This document shows positions 20,726 to 29,606 of a stretch of 64,000 nucleotides of DNA, in pieces. Below the pieces are notes generated by a model. It saw only the letters and a program-made list of their open reading frames with translations, was not told where the DNA came from and did not search any database. Numbering within the stretch: the stretch's first letter is position 1; each line of letters opens with the position of its first letter. Made by a program: the position numbers and the translations under genes. The DNA is from an uncultured Gemmatimonadales bacterium (lineage in GTDB: Bacteria > Gemmatimonadota > Gemmatimonadetes > Gemmatimonadales > GWC2-71-9), in contig CAVZZO010000001.1 of NCBI GenBank assembly GCA_963779755.1, positions 1,536,001 to 1,600,000 of the forward strand, read 5' to 3'.

Positions 20726-21610
20726 ATGCGCACGCGATTTCCCCGTGCCCGGCTGCTGGCCGCGGCCGTTCTGTTCTCCACCGGCGGCGCCGCCATCAAA
20801 TCCGTGGCGTTCTCCAGCTGGCAGGTGGCGAGCTTCCGCAGCGGCATCGCCGCGGTGGCGGTGCTGCTGCTGGCGCCCGCGGCGCGGCGGGGCTGGACCT
20901 GGCGCACCCCGCTGGTGGGTGTGACCTACGCCGCGACCATGGTGCTGTTCGTGCTGGCGAACAAGCTCACGACCGCGGCCAATACCATCTTCCTGCAGGA
21001 CACGGCGCCGCTCTATATCCTGCTGCTGAGTCCGCTGCTCCTGCGCGAGCCGATCCGCCGCCGGGACGTACTCTTCATGATGGTGGTGGGCTCCGGGCTG
21101 CTGCTCTTCTTCGTGGGAGCGGAGCGGCCCCTCGCCACGGCGCCGAATCCCTTCCTGGGCAACGTGCTGGCGGCGGTGAGCGGGGTGACCTGGGCCGGCA
21201 CCATGCTGGGCCTGCGCTGGATGGCGGTGGGGGCGGGCCAGCGCGAGGGTGCGGCCGTGTCGGCGGTGGCGGCCGGGAATATCATCGCCTGCCTGGTGAC
21301 TCTGCCGCTGGCGCTGCCGCTGCCCGCCGGCGGGCCGGCAGACTGGGCCCTGCTGGGCTATCTCGGCGTCTTCCAGATCGCCGTTGCCTATCTTTTCGTG
21401 GCTGCGGGTATCCGCGAGGTACCGGTCTTCGAGGCGTCCATCATTCTGCTGGTGGAGCCGGCGCTGAACCCCATCTGGGCGTGGCTGGTGCATGGCGAGG
21501 AGCCGGGGGTGTGGGCGCTGGCGGGTGGAGTGATCATCATCGGGGCGACCACCCTCAAGACCTGGCTGGATACGCGACGGGCGCGGATCAACCTGCGCAG
21601 TGCGGCGTGA
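20726..21610 (+). CDS. DMT/EamA-family transporter
   Basis: About 10 hydrophobic segments; TTAANTIFLQDTAP and EPALNPIW motifs. Confidence 0.9.
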   Translation: MRTRFPRARLLAAAVLFSTGGAAIKSVAFSSWQVASFRSGIAAVAVLLLAPAARRGWTWRTPLVGVTYAATMVLFVLANKLTTAANTIFLQDTAPLYILLLSPLLLREPIRRRDVLFMMVVGSGLLLFFVGAERPLATAPNPFLGNVLAAVSGVTWAGTMLGLRWMAVGAGQREGAAVSAVAAGNIIACLVTLPLALPLPAGGPADWALLGYLGVFQIAVAYLFVAAGIREVPVFEASIILLVEPALNPIWAWLVHGEEPGVWALAGGVIIIGATTLKTWLDTRRARINLRSAA

Positions 21611-21659
21611 GCGGGGAGCGGGGAGCGGGGAGCGGGGAATGGGGAATGGGGAATGGGGA
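21611..21659 (+). repeat. (GCGGGGA)4(ATGGGGA)3 heptamer array
   Basis: Read directly: seven GGGG runs with 3-nt spacers. Confidence 0.9.
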
Positions 21660-21694
21660 GTGTTGCCTTTGCCGCCCTGCCGTCTCGATCGGCC

Positions 21695-21723
21695 TTGATC
21701 GCCCCTTCCCGGGGTCTTAAATT
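21695..21723 (+). promoter_or_regulatory. Putative sigma70 promoter of the tRNA cluster
   Basis: TTGATC-N17-TAAATT followed by a GC-rich discriminator, about 30 bp before tRNA-His. Confidence 0.6.
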
Positions 21724-21754
21724 GCCCCGGCTCGGAGCAGGTTGCGGGCAGCGT

Positions 21755-21829
21755 GGTGGTTGTAGCTCAATCGGTTAGAGCGCCGGACTGTGGCTCCGGA
21801 GGTTGCGGGTTCAAGTCCCGTCAGCCACC
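21755..21829 (+). tRNA. tRNA-His(GTG)
   Basis: Cloverleaf; anticodon arm CCGGA-CTGTGGC-TCCGG; G-1/C73; no encoded CCA. Confidence 0.95.
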
Positions 21830-21833
21830 CTGG

Positions 21834-21911
21834 TCCGCAGATTACGCAGATTCTGCTGTCTGCAGAGACCTGGAATCTGCGAAATCAGCCGGAATCTGTG
21901 AAATCTGTGGA
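21834..21911. repeat. CGCAGATTA-family inverted-repeat element in the tRNA spacer
   Basis: TCCGCAGATTACGCAGATT ... AATCTGTGAAATCTGTGGA; same family as 9723-9848. Confidence 0.75.
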
Positions 21912-21913
21912 TT

Positions 21914-21986
21914 AGGTCCGTAGCTCAATTGGCAGAGCACCGGTCTCCAAAACCGGGGGTTGCAGGTTCGATTCCTGCCGGGCCTG
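21914..21986 (+). tRNA. tRNA-Trp(CCA)
   Basis: Anticodon arm CCGGT-CTCCAAA-ACCGG; GGTTCGATT T-loop. Confidence 0.95.
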
Positions 21987-22037
21987 TTTGAAGGAAGGTG
22001 CGAGCCGGGCACGGTTCGTGGCAGGTGCAGGGAATGT

Positions 22038-22110
<73 letters not shown>

Positions 22111-22117
22111 TTCCCCC

Positions 22118-22189
22118 GGCCCCATCGTCTAACGGTCAGGACACCACTCTTTCAAGGTGGGAACAGGGGTTCGATTCCCCTTGGGGCTA
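22118..22189 (+). tRNA. tRNA-Glu(TTC)
   Basis: Anticodon arm CCACT-CTTTCAA-GGTGG. Confidence 0.93.
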
Positions 22190-22309
22190 TGCGAGGAGCC
22201 AGGAATCAGGAGTCAGGATTCAGGGGGGCGAACTCGACCGGGTGGTGGACGGCGGGGCGGGGCGGGGGTTGAAGGGCTCGACCGGTGTGGTGCAGGGCAG
22301 GAGGGCCGA

Positions 22310-22382
22310 GCGCCGCTAGCTCAATTGGCAGAGCAAGTGACTCTTAATCACTAGGTTGTAGGTTCGATTCCTACGCGGCGCA
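22310..22382 (+). tRNA. tRNA-Lys(CTT)
   Basis: Anticodon arm AGTGA-CTCTTAA-TCACT; acceptor stem GCGCCGC/GCGGCGC. Confidence 0.95.
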
Positions 22383-22417
22383 TGGTAAATACATTGCAGA
22401 TACATAGTCTGGTTTGT

Positions 22418-22446
22418 GGCGGCCACGATTGGCCGCCTGTTTTTTT
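22418..22446 (+). terminator. Rho-independent terminator after the tRNA cluster
   Basis: GGCGGCCA-CGAT-TGGCCGCC followed by a T-tract. Confidence 0.8.
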
Positions 22447-22601
22447 GGGATGTGTGTGAATCATCTCCAACCCCCCAGCTGGAGAGGGATGGGCCATCTG
22501 GCCCTGGCGCAGTTGCTAGGCGGCGGTAGGCTCTTGCTCTGCGTGACGGCGGACCGCCATTTTCGAATCACGGTCAGGCGCCGGTAGATCCGGCACCCCC
22601 A

Positions 22602-22630
22602 TTGTCGAACCCTGCGCCACAGGCTATCTT
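22602..22630 (+). promoter_or_regulatory. Putative sigma70 promoter of the csp gene
   Basis: TTGTCG-N17-TATCTT about 180 bp upstream of the start codon. Confidence 0.5.
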
Positions 22631-22810
22631 GAGTGTTGCGACAGTCGCGCCAGCGGTGCGATGCTATTCCAAGGAACTGTAAGGGTCCCGGGAGTTACGC
22701 CGGGGCCCTTTCTGCTTCCTGAGCGGCCGCAGCCCCATCGTGAGGCCATATCACGAGTACCCGTCGCCGGGCCGGCCCCGGCGGTCGGAACACCACCAAG
22801 GAGTACGGCA

Positions 22811-23023
22811 ATGCGCACTACCGGTACCGTGAAATGGTTCAACGACGCCAAGGGCTTCGGCTTCATCACCCCCGAAGGCGGCGAGAAGGACTGCTTCGTC
22901 CACCACTCGGCCATCCAGGCCGACGGCTTCAAGAGCCTGGCCGAGGGAGAGCGTGTGGAGTTCGACGTCGTCCAGGGCCAGAAGGGCCCCGCGGCGGAGA
23001 ACGTCACCAAGGTCAGCGCCTGA
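22811..23023 (+). CDS. Cold-shock protein (CspA family)
   Basis: GTVKWFN..KGFGFI (RNP1) and FVHHSAI (RNP2); AAGGAG RBS. Confidence 0.97.
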   Translation: MRTTGTVKWFNDAKGFGFITPEGGEKDCFVHHSAIQADGFKSLAEGERVEFDVVQGQKGPAAENVTKVSA

Positions 23024-23104
23024 GCTGACGCGCCGCATCACGACATAGCCTTCGGGCCCCAGGGTACGGCGCACAGCCTGGGTGATCAACACTGCCACGA
23101 CGTT

Positions 23105-23149
23105 CGGCCCGGCCGGTGCTTCACGCACCCGGCTGGGCCGTTTGTCTTT
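23105..23149 (+). terminator. Probable terminator downstream of csp
   Basis: GC-rich hairpin CGGCCC..GGGCCG followed by TTTGTCTTT. Confidence 0.6.
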
Positions 23150-23272
23150 CGGGCGATTCCCCTGCGAGCCGGAGGTGCAGCGCCGTTTCGATCCCGGAAT
23201 AGCATCGCAGCCGGAATCTCCTGAGCTCGACTGAGTCGGATTCAGGATGACCACGGCTCGTGACCCGGCAGG

Positions 23273-24367
23273 CTACTGTCTGGCGGCCTGCATGTCGCGG
23301 TGCTCCGACTCCAGTGATTCGCGACAGCATCCTGATTGCCAGAGGCTTGGCCTGCCGGCCCAAATAGCGCGCAGCCCTGCGCGCTTGATGTTCCCCACCG
23401 GCTCGGCATGGGAGCAGACACGCACATCGCCGTTCGCCTGGATCTGGAGCATGCCCAGGGCGGCACAGACCGGGGCAGGCGAGGCAAAGGAGTGATAGCG
23501 ATTCAAACCCTGCCCGTCGCGCGGAGCCTGAAAGTACTGCTGGATCCAGCGCAGGTCGGCTTCGGTGTTGGCGATGTGCACCCCCTGCCGCTTCAGCACG
23601 ATCAGGTCCTCGACCGCAGCCACCGCCGGGGCGGTTTCCCGGGGCCAGTTCTCGCTCGTCAAATACCAGGTGGGATCTTCCCGCGAGCTGTTATAGGGCT
23701 GTTCGATCGGTTGATAATAGATGTCCACGCCCTCGCGGGTGGCGAACCGCGCCAGGTCCGCCAGTTGGTCGAGGTTATGGGCCATGATCACGGTCTTGAA
23801 GCGGATCCGGTAGCGCAGGCCCCGCTCCCGGCGCAGGCACAGCAGGGTTTCGATCGATCGGGAGGTACGGTCGAAGAATCCCTCCCGGCCGCGAATCCGG
23901 TCATGCGCTGCGCCGAGGCCATCGAGGGACAGCGTAATCTGCCAGGGATTGGCAAGCGCCGCCTGCTCGATTCTGGATTGATCTCCCCAGTACCCGTGGG
24001 TGAGGAGCTCCGCCGCGAGCCCGATTGCGGAGGCATGGCCGACGATCGCGATAGTCGAGGAGCGGAGCAGTGCTTCTCCGCCGGTGAAGATGAGGTGGAC
24101 CGGCCCCAGCCACTGCCGGATCTCGCTGACAGCGGACAGCCACTGCTCCGGCGAGGGGCTATCCTCCTGGCCGCGGTTCTGCCAGATGTTGCAATGCACG
24201 CACCTGGCGTTACAGCGTTCGGTGAGCAGGAAGGCAATGGAGGTGGGGCGACACAGGTTGGCCAGGCGTCCGCCCCAGGCAGTCTGGAGCCTGGTGTTCG
24301 CGGCCGCGTACACGCGCTGATACGCTGCCTGCACGATGTCGATCACGAGAGCCCTTCGCCAAGGCAT
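23273..24367 (-). CDS. Radical SAM protein with a C-terminal Twitch/SPASM-like region (start 24367 or 24346)
   Basis: CNARCVHC, TGGEAL and SLDG...HDRIRG motifs; C-x14-GDVRVC. Confidence 0.88.
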   Translation of the reverse strand: MPWRRALVIDIVQAAYQRVYAAANTRLQTAWGGRLANLCRPTSIAFLLTERCNARCVHCNIWQNRGQEDSPSPEQWLSAVSEIRQWLGPVHLIFTGGEALLRSSTIAIVGHASAIGLAAELLTHGYWGDQSRIEQAALANPWQITLSLDGLGAAHDRIRGREGFFDRTSRSIETLLCLRRERGLRYRIRFKTVIMAHNLDQLADLARFATREGVDIYYQPIEQPYNSSREDPTWYLTSENWPRETAPAVAAVEDLIVLKRQGVHIANTEADLRWIQQYFQAPRDGQGLNRYHSFASPAPVCAALGMLQIQANGDVRVCSHAEPVGNIKRAGLRAIWAGRPSLWQSGCCRESLESEHRDMQAARQ

Positions 24368-24462
24368 CCCTGCCACGCCGGCCGGTAAGGCGATCGGCCA
24401 CGGTTTGGCTTGCCCGCTCTCCACAAGATAGCCGGGTTCGCCGGGAAGCGCCTGGAAATCTT

Positions 24463-24478
24463 TGCAAGATTGATACCT
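24463..24478 (-). promoter_or_regulatory. Candidate sigma54 (-24/-12) promoter for the radical SAM gene
   Basis: The minus strand reads AGGTATCAATCTTGCA (GG-N10-GC). Confidence 0.4.
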
Positions 24479-24616
24479 GATAAGGCCATAGCGAGCCGCC
24501 GGAGTGCGTCGTGCTTGCCCGCCGTCCTCCTGCCACAATGCATTGAGCCCGACCATTGTCGAAAGGCCGCCGATTCTTCCGCTGCGCCCTCAACTTCCGC
24601 GAGTGATGACCCCAGC

Positions 24617-24763
24617 GTCGAACGTGACGGTTTTCAATCTGGAAACCATCCAGCTGTCCGGTTCGGCTGAGCGCCCACAGGTTCTTCCCGACTCGAGCAA
24701 TGCCGCTTCAGTGCGCGGTGTATTCAAACTCGGTTTCTACGTATACGACCTGGACAGCGTCAC
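24617..24763 (+). pseudogene. Frameshifted internal remnant of a VOC/glyoxalase-family gene
   Basis: VERDGF, a +1 shift in a T4 run, then NLETIQL...VRGVFKLGFYVYDLDSV; no start codon or C-terminus. Confidence 0.5.
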
Positions 24764-25040
24764 CCGCCCGGGCCGCCGAGGGCCGGCTCCAGGGGGGATC
24801 GGATAAGAGGGTTGCGGCAGCCCCAGGGGCAGCTTGCACGATCCCAACCCTTTTTGCCGCCCGGCCGGTGACGCGCCTCACCGCCGAGCAGGGCCGTAAG
24901 ATGCGAATCTATCTTGGCTTACGGTGGGTAGTGCCGAGGCATGCATCTTGTAGACGACCGAGCCAGGCCGGTCCCTCATATCCCGAGTCCGGGCGTCCCT
25001 GGATCTCCCGGGGCCGCTTTCCCTTTGAAGGAGGATTTCT

Positions 25041-25541
25041 ATGCGACTGAAGCCCAGCACCATCCTGGTAGCCCTGTTCCTGACCCTCGGTGCGTCCACG
25101 CTGTCGGCGCAGGTTCGTTTCGGTGGCCAGTTGGACTGGGGCAGCGATTCGGACTTCGGGCTGGGTGCCCGGGCTCTGTTCCCCATCGGCGACGCGGTGA
25201 ATGTCCGGGGCCTCGATATCTCTGCCGCCTTCGACTACTTCTTTCCCAGCCACCCGGCGGGAACAGACCTCACCTACTGGGAAATCAACGGCAACGCTCT
25301 GTATAACATCCAGGTCCGGAATACCTCGCTGGCGCCCTATGTCGGGGCCGGCCTGAATATCGCCCATGCCAGCGCCGGAGTCACCGGCTTCGGCAGCGCC
25401 TCCAATACGGATGCCGGGCTGAATCTGGTGGGCGGGAGCTATCTCCGGCTCCGCAACAGCCGGATCATGCCCTTTGCGGAGGCCCGGGTCATCCTGGGCG
25501 GCGGCGATCAGTTCGTGCTGAGCGGCGGTGTGGTCTTCTAG
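25041..25541 (+). CDS. Small outer-membrane beta-barrel protein (8-strand type)
   Basis: AGGAGG RBS, signal peptide, alternating strands, PYVGAG motif, C-terminal F. Confidence 0.85.
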   Translation: MRLKPSTILVALFLTLGASTLSAQVRFGGQLDWGSDSDFGLGARALFPIGDAVNVRGLDISAAFDYFFPSHPAGTDLTYWEINGNALYNIQVRNTSLAPYVGAGLNIAHASAGVTGFGSASNTDAGLNLVGGSYLRLRNSRIMPFAEARVILGGGDQFVLSGGVVF

Positions 25542-25584
25542 GTCTACAGTATCGATCAGACAGATTCATTGCGGAACAATCCAG

Positions 25585-25623
25585 GGGGCAGGGGAGCGGC
25601 CATTCGGCCGTTCACCTGCCCCC
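25585..25623. terminator. Hairpin between convergent genes
   Basis: GGGGCAGG..CGGCC-ATTC-GGCCG..CCTGCCCC. Confidence 0.55.
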
Positions 25624-25659
25624 TCGGTATGTCGGTATGGAGGAATCAACCGGCGTGAA

Positions 25660-26343
25660 TCAGGGGACTCCTGCCTGCTGGCTGAGGTAGAGATTCACGC
25701 TCAGATCCGCGCTCACCGGCACGCTGCAGGCGCGCGCCGGTGAGCCGCTATCGGGTGTGGCCAGGATGTCGTAGACCCCGGCGCTCAAGCCGGCTACCTG
25801 AAAATGCCCGGCCGCATCGGTCTGCACTGTGGCCACGAGAGTGCCGCGAGCGCCGCAGGCCCAGCCGGGAAGTGAATCCGGTGGGAGCGGGAGGGTATCG
25901 ACCGGGATGGAGTCCACCGGGATCGAATCGATGGGAATCGAATCGACGGGGATCGAATCCAGCCGGAAGGGCCGGCCGACGGTCAGCAGGGTATCGGGTG
26001 GCGGCGGGAAGCTGTCCAGCACGCTGGTGTCCGGTGGGAACGGGAGGCTGTCCGGCGGGGGCAGCGAGTCGTGCGGGATGGTATCGATCGGAAAGGTATC
26101 GGGAGCGATGCTGCCGACCAGCCGGATCGCTACCGTGACCCCCGCGGCCGGCGTCGCCAGGCTGTCGCTGAATCCGGGACCGAAGGAGACGGTGTAGACC
26201 GTTCCCTCCAGCGTGATCGCCCCATTGGCGTCCGGAGGGAATCCCGCGTCGGCGACCTTGTCACTGGAGGGAGCAAGGGTGCAGCCGGCCGCGAGGAGAC
26301 CGAGGACGGTCAAAAGCGGGGTCCGTGGCGCGTGCATGGTCAT
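25660..26343 (-). CDS. Lipoprotein: carboxypeptidase-regulatory-like beta-sandwich interrupted by a Pro-rich D(S/T)x repeat tract
   Basis: LAAGC lipobox; ITLEGTV...TDAAGHFQVAGLSAGVYDI; (DSIP[VI])4. Confidence 0.75.
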   Translation of the reverse strand: MTMHAPRTPLLTVLGLLAAGCTLAPSSDKVADAGFPPDANGAITLEGTVYTVSFGPGFSDSLATPAAGVTVAIRLVGSIAPDTFPIDTIPHDSLPPPDSLPFPPDTSVLDSFPPPPDTLLTVGRPFRLDSIPVDSIPIDSIPVDSIPVDTLPLPPDSLPGWACGARGTLVATVQTDAAGHFQVAGLSAGVYDILATPDSGSPARACSVPVSADLSVNLYLSQQAGVP

Positions 26344-26453
26344 GAGGAGGTCCTCGATGGGGCAAAAAAGGGCGTATACGTTCTCTGTCAGTCCAGACCC
26401 CGCTCAGGCGCCCAGCGTCACATCCGGAGATGATCACCGGCGACGCTGGTGGC

Positions 26454-27140
26454 CTATCGCGCCACCCGGAACCCCACGAAGACATCATAGAGGGTGCGCC
26501 GGCCCGTGGCAGGTCCGGCATAGACCGTCCCTTCCAGGTAGCTGTTCCGCATGAGCCCGAACTCCAGCGCCGGCCTGGGGCCACCCTGGTATTCGACGCC
26601 GAGCGCGGCCACCCAGATGGACTGCCCACCCTCCTGATAGCGGGTAATGAACGGATCGTCGCCGGCGGGGCCGCTGGAGAATACGTATTTGAGACTGGTG
26701 TAGGGGGTCCAGCGGCCGTAGTCGCGGGAATAGATCACGGTCAGGCTGGAGGGCAGGAGCCAGACGGTCTGGCCCAGCACCGCGAACTTGTCGCGATGCG
26801 TCTGGTTGAACCCCAGCTTGACGTAGGGAGCAACCAGCAGTGAGCGGGGACTGGTGCCGTAGCGGGAGAGCGCGTCGCTGCGGAGACTGGCCAACCCCTC
26901 CTCCAGATAGACCGCTACCGGCAGCCCGATCTCGATGCCCGGGCCGGCGAATCCGTAGCTGGGAGACACGAAAGCAACGATATCGGCGCCCTGGGGCTTG
27001 CCCTCGCGTTGCTGGTCGGTCAGGACCGCCGACCCGGCGGCGAGGTGCAGGCCGGGATTGATCCGGGCCGACTGGAGGGTGGGAAAGCACCCGGCCAGGG
27101 CGAGAGCACCGAGCAGCCGGGCATAGCCGGGGATTTTCAT
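26454..27140 (-). CDS. Hypothetical lipoprotein with beta-barrel-like strands
   Basis: LALAGC lipobox followed by FPTLQSAR; amphipathic strands ending YDVFVGFRVAR. Confidence 0.7.
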   Translation of the reverse strand: MKIPGYARLLGALALAGCFPTLQSARINPGLHLAAGSAVLTDQQREGKPQGADIVAFVSPSYGFAGPGIEIGLPVAVYLEEGLASLRSDALSRYGTSPRSLLVAPYVKLGFNQTHRDKFAVLGQTVWLLPSSLTVIYSRDYGRWTPYTSLKYVFSSGPAGDDPFITRYQEGGQSIWVAALGVEYQGGPRPALEFGLMRNSYLEGTVYAGPATGRRTLYDVFVGFRVAR

Positions 27141-27280
27141 GGCGCCGGTCCGGTAGATGACGCGGACACAATAGCCCCTGGCCGTCCCCGGAGCGTGACC
27201 CGCTCGGCAGATCGATCCACAGATGCCACCGATGGCATGCCTCCGATCCACCTCGGGAGTCCGCGCAATTTGTGGATGAT

Positions 27281-27904
27281 CTACGGGTGCACCAGGCGCG
27301 CGCTGAGCGAGACACTCATATCATCGTGAAAACGTGAGGGGAAAATAAGCCCGGGCGCGGACAGGCGAGCCTGGTAGAGCAGCGCCTCGGCCCCCGCGCG
27401 CCAATGGAGACCCGCTGCGGCGAATTCCAGCGCGCCCACGAGGCTTGCGCCCAGATCGGTGCGGCCGCCGAGGCCGCTCCAGCCGGAACCGGATCGGTGT
27501 ATCAGCGCCGGCCCGGCTCCCAGATGCAGCGCCGCTCCGCCGGAGGAGAGGGGAAGCTCGGCAGCGAGCCGCATCGCGCCCGCCGCCAGACGTCCCGACC
27601 GGCCGATGAGCGACGCCGGCGTGCCGGGTGCGGAGTCGGTCACCGCGACATCGTGCAGGCCCAGCATGCCGGAGATTTCGACGGTGAGCGCCGGGCCCGC
27701 GCCGACATCGATCGTGAGGCTGGTCAGGTTGATCGGCGAGTTGCTGCCGTCGTAGCGTACGGTCTGTCCCGCCGGGCCGGCCCCGGTGACGTCGTAATTG
27801 GCCAGGCTCTGACCCAGGCCGACCCAGACGCTCCAGCGCGTCTGGGCCGACGCGGGCCCGGCGACCGTCATGCCCAAAGCCAGCAGCAGGATCTGACGGG
27901 TCAT
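27281..27904 (-). CDS. Hypothetical secreted, probable outer-membrane beta-barrel protein
   Basis: Signal peptide ending ASA-Q, alternating beta strands, GGAG RBS. Confidence 0.7.
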   Translation of the reverse strand: MTRQILLLALGMTVAGPASAQTRWSVWVGLGQSLANYDVTGAGPAGQTVRYDGSNSPINLTSLTIDVGAGPALTVEISGMLGLHDVAVTDSAPGTPASLIGRSGRLAAGAMRLAAELPLSSGGAALHLGAGPALIHRSGSGWSGLGGRTDLGASLVGALEFAAAGLHWRAGAEALLYQARLSAPGLIFPSRFHDDMSVSLSARLVHP

Positions 27905-27956
27905 GGCATGCTCCGGTACGGGATATGGGCTAAGCTATCGCCAGAACCGCCCCCCG

Positions 27957-29306
27957 CTAGGGCCGGTAGACCAGGGTCACCTCGCCCACCTTGTAGTTCC
28001 CGTCCATGACCACGTGCGTCTGCGGGATGGTGATATTCGAGTACCGGGTCCACTCGTGGGCATCGATGATCAGGCCTACAAAATCGTCCTTCAACTGGAA
28101 CAGCTGGTGGGCCGACTCCAGCAGGATCGAGAGCCCCGCCGCCGCCAGCACCGCGGCAATGGAGCTGGGATTGGTCCCGTACTGGAGTGCGAGCTGCGCC
28201 GCCGGCACCACCAGCGTGGTGCCGAAAACCGCGCTGGAGTAGTTGTGGTCCGGGTCCTTGATCTCGTTCGCGGTGTCGTCGTCCTCCCAGACGGCCAGGG
28301 CAAAGGGCCGGCGGCTGGCCGGCGTTCCCGCGGGATAGCGGTACTGCAGCTGGCTCAGCTGGTAATCGCTGGCCAGGCGCACGTTGCCCGTCCAGGTGTA
28401 GCTGTCCTGGTTGTAATAGGCGGGGTAGCTGACGTACTCGCCCGCATTCCCCCGCACCGGCTCATAGGCCCAGGCGGTCGAGTCCACCGGCTGCAGCAGG
28501 TAGATCTCCAGCTCGGGCGCGCCCCGCGCCCAGCCCTCGTGCAGGTTCTCCAGGTGCGAGTAGGTCATGTAGATGCCGGGCCAGGTGCCCCCGCCTGAGC
28601 CGCCGCCGCCATCCCCTCCGCCCCCGCAGTCGTATTCGTCTGACGGCACACAGGTGGCCGGCGCCACGGCGTCGGCGCGCTGGAAATCGAGCTCGCGCGG
28701 CACCAGCACCAGTGCCGGCGTTTCCGGCGGGTGATCGGCGGACAGACCCGCCACCGGGCGGCCCTGGAGATCGAACCCGACCGGCTGGTCGCCGTCGCGC
28801 AGGCTGGTGACCACGATCAGGTTGGTGCCGCCCCGCCAGGCCTCCAGCTGCCCGGGGACCGGCAGGTAGATCTCCAGATCCACGATGCTGTCGAGCCGGG
28901 CCGCGATCCCGCGGCTATCGGTTCCCCCGTGCCGGGACATCAGGCGGAGCAGATCGCCGCCGGGCCCTTCCAGGAAGGAACGGAAGTGCACCTTGTGCTC
29001 GCGGTAGCGGGAGGTGTGAATCGCCGCCGAGAGGTGGGCCCGCACGGCCGGGTCGCTGAGGGAAAGCGCAACCAGGCGCGTGACGGCGATGAGCGAACGG
29101 TCCATCGCTCCGGTATCGACGGCGAACCCGCCCGATGCCAGCATGAGCCGGCCGCGGGTGGCGGCGGGCGCCCCTCCGGGTGGGCCGCCGCCGGCATCGA
29201 CCGGCAGATCGCGCGAGCAGGCAGGCAGCAGCAACAGAACGGCGAGCAGGTACGGCAGGCGGCAACGACGGCCCCCGGCTGTCCGGCAGCGAGAGAGCGG
29301 CGGCAT
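27957..29306 (-). CDS. Two-domain lipoprotein of unknown function (DUF3103-like layout)
   Basis: AGGAGG RBS, LLPAC lipobox, poly-Gly linker, EGWARGAPELE...WEDDD...DDFVG. Confidence 0.7.
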   Translation of the reverse strand: MPPLSRCRTAGGRRCRLPYLLAVLLLLPACSRDLPVDAGGGPPGGAPAATRGRLMLASGGFAVDTGAMDRSLIAVTRLVALSLSDPAVRAHLSAAIHTSRYREHKVHFRSFLEGPGGDLLRLMSRHGGTDSRGIAARLDSIVDLEIYLPVPGQLEAWRGGTNLIVVTSLRDGDQPVGFDLQGRPVAGLSADHPPETPALVLVPRELDFQRADAVAPATCVPSDEYDCGGGGDGGGGSGGGTWPGIYMTYSHLENLHEGWARGAPELEIYLLQPVDSTAWAYEPVRGNAGEYVSYPAYYNQDSYTWTGNVRLASDYQLSQLQYRYPAGTPASRRPFALAVWEDDDTANEIKDPDHNYSSAVFGTTLVVPAAQLALQYGTNPSSIAAVLAAAGLSILLESAHQLFQLKDDFVGLIIDAHEWTRYSNITIPQTHVVMDGNYKVGEVTLVYRP

Positions 29307-29606
29307 GGCCCCTCCTGGGTTGAAGACCCCAGCAGGGTGGCACCGACGGTTCTACCGCGACGCAACCGGACAGGGAGGCGCCCAAACGCGGGCGGGCCCC
29401 GAAAAACCGCGGCGGTGGTGAGGATCTTGCCCTGCTCCGGAACGCCGCGGCGGCGCCGGCCGGTCGTCCCCTGTTTCCCCCGCAATTCCGCCCTGGCGGC
29501 GTTGCGCCCCCGAACGACGCGACAGTCTGGCGCATGGCCCTCATCTGCTGCCGGGACAAATTGTCCTGCGGGGGCGCCGCGGCCCATACCAATCGGGGAG
29601 GTAGTC

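Noticed and set aside
23030..25040. RiPP cluster around the radical SAM gene
   Set aside because: No convincing precursor peptide, PqqD-like domain, transporter or protease nearby.
22383..29400. Integrative element or prophage inserted at tRNA-Lys
   Set aside because: No integrase or phage genes, and I saw no repeated tRNA 3' end (att site) in the window.
28731..29606. 756-aa version of the Cyc2-like ORF
   Set aside because: The extension overlaps the opposite-strand lipoprotein gene; the RBS and signal peptide place the start at 29607.
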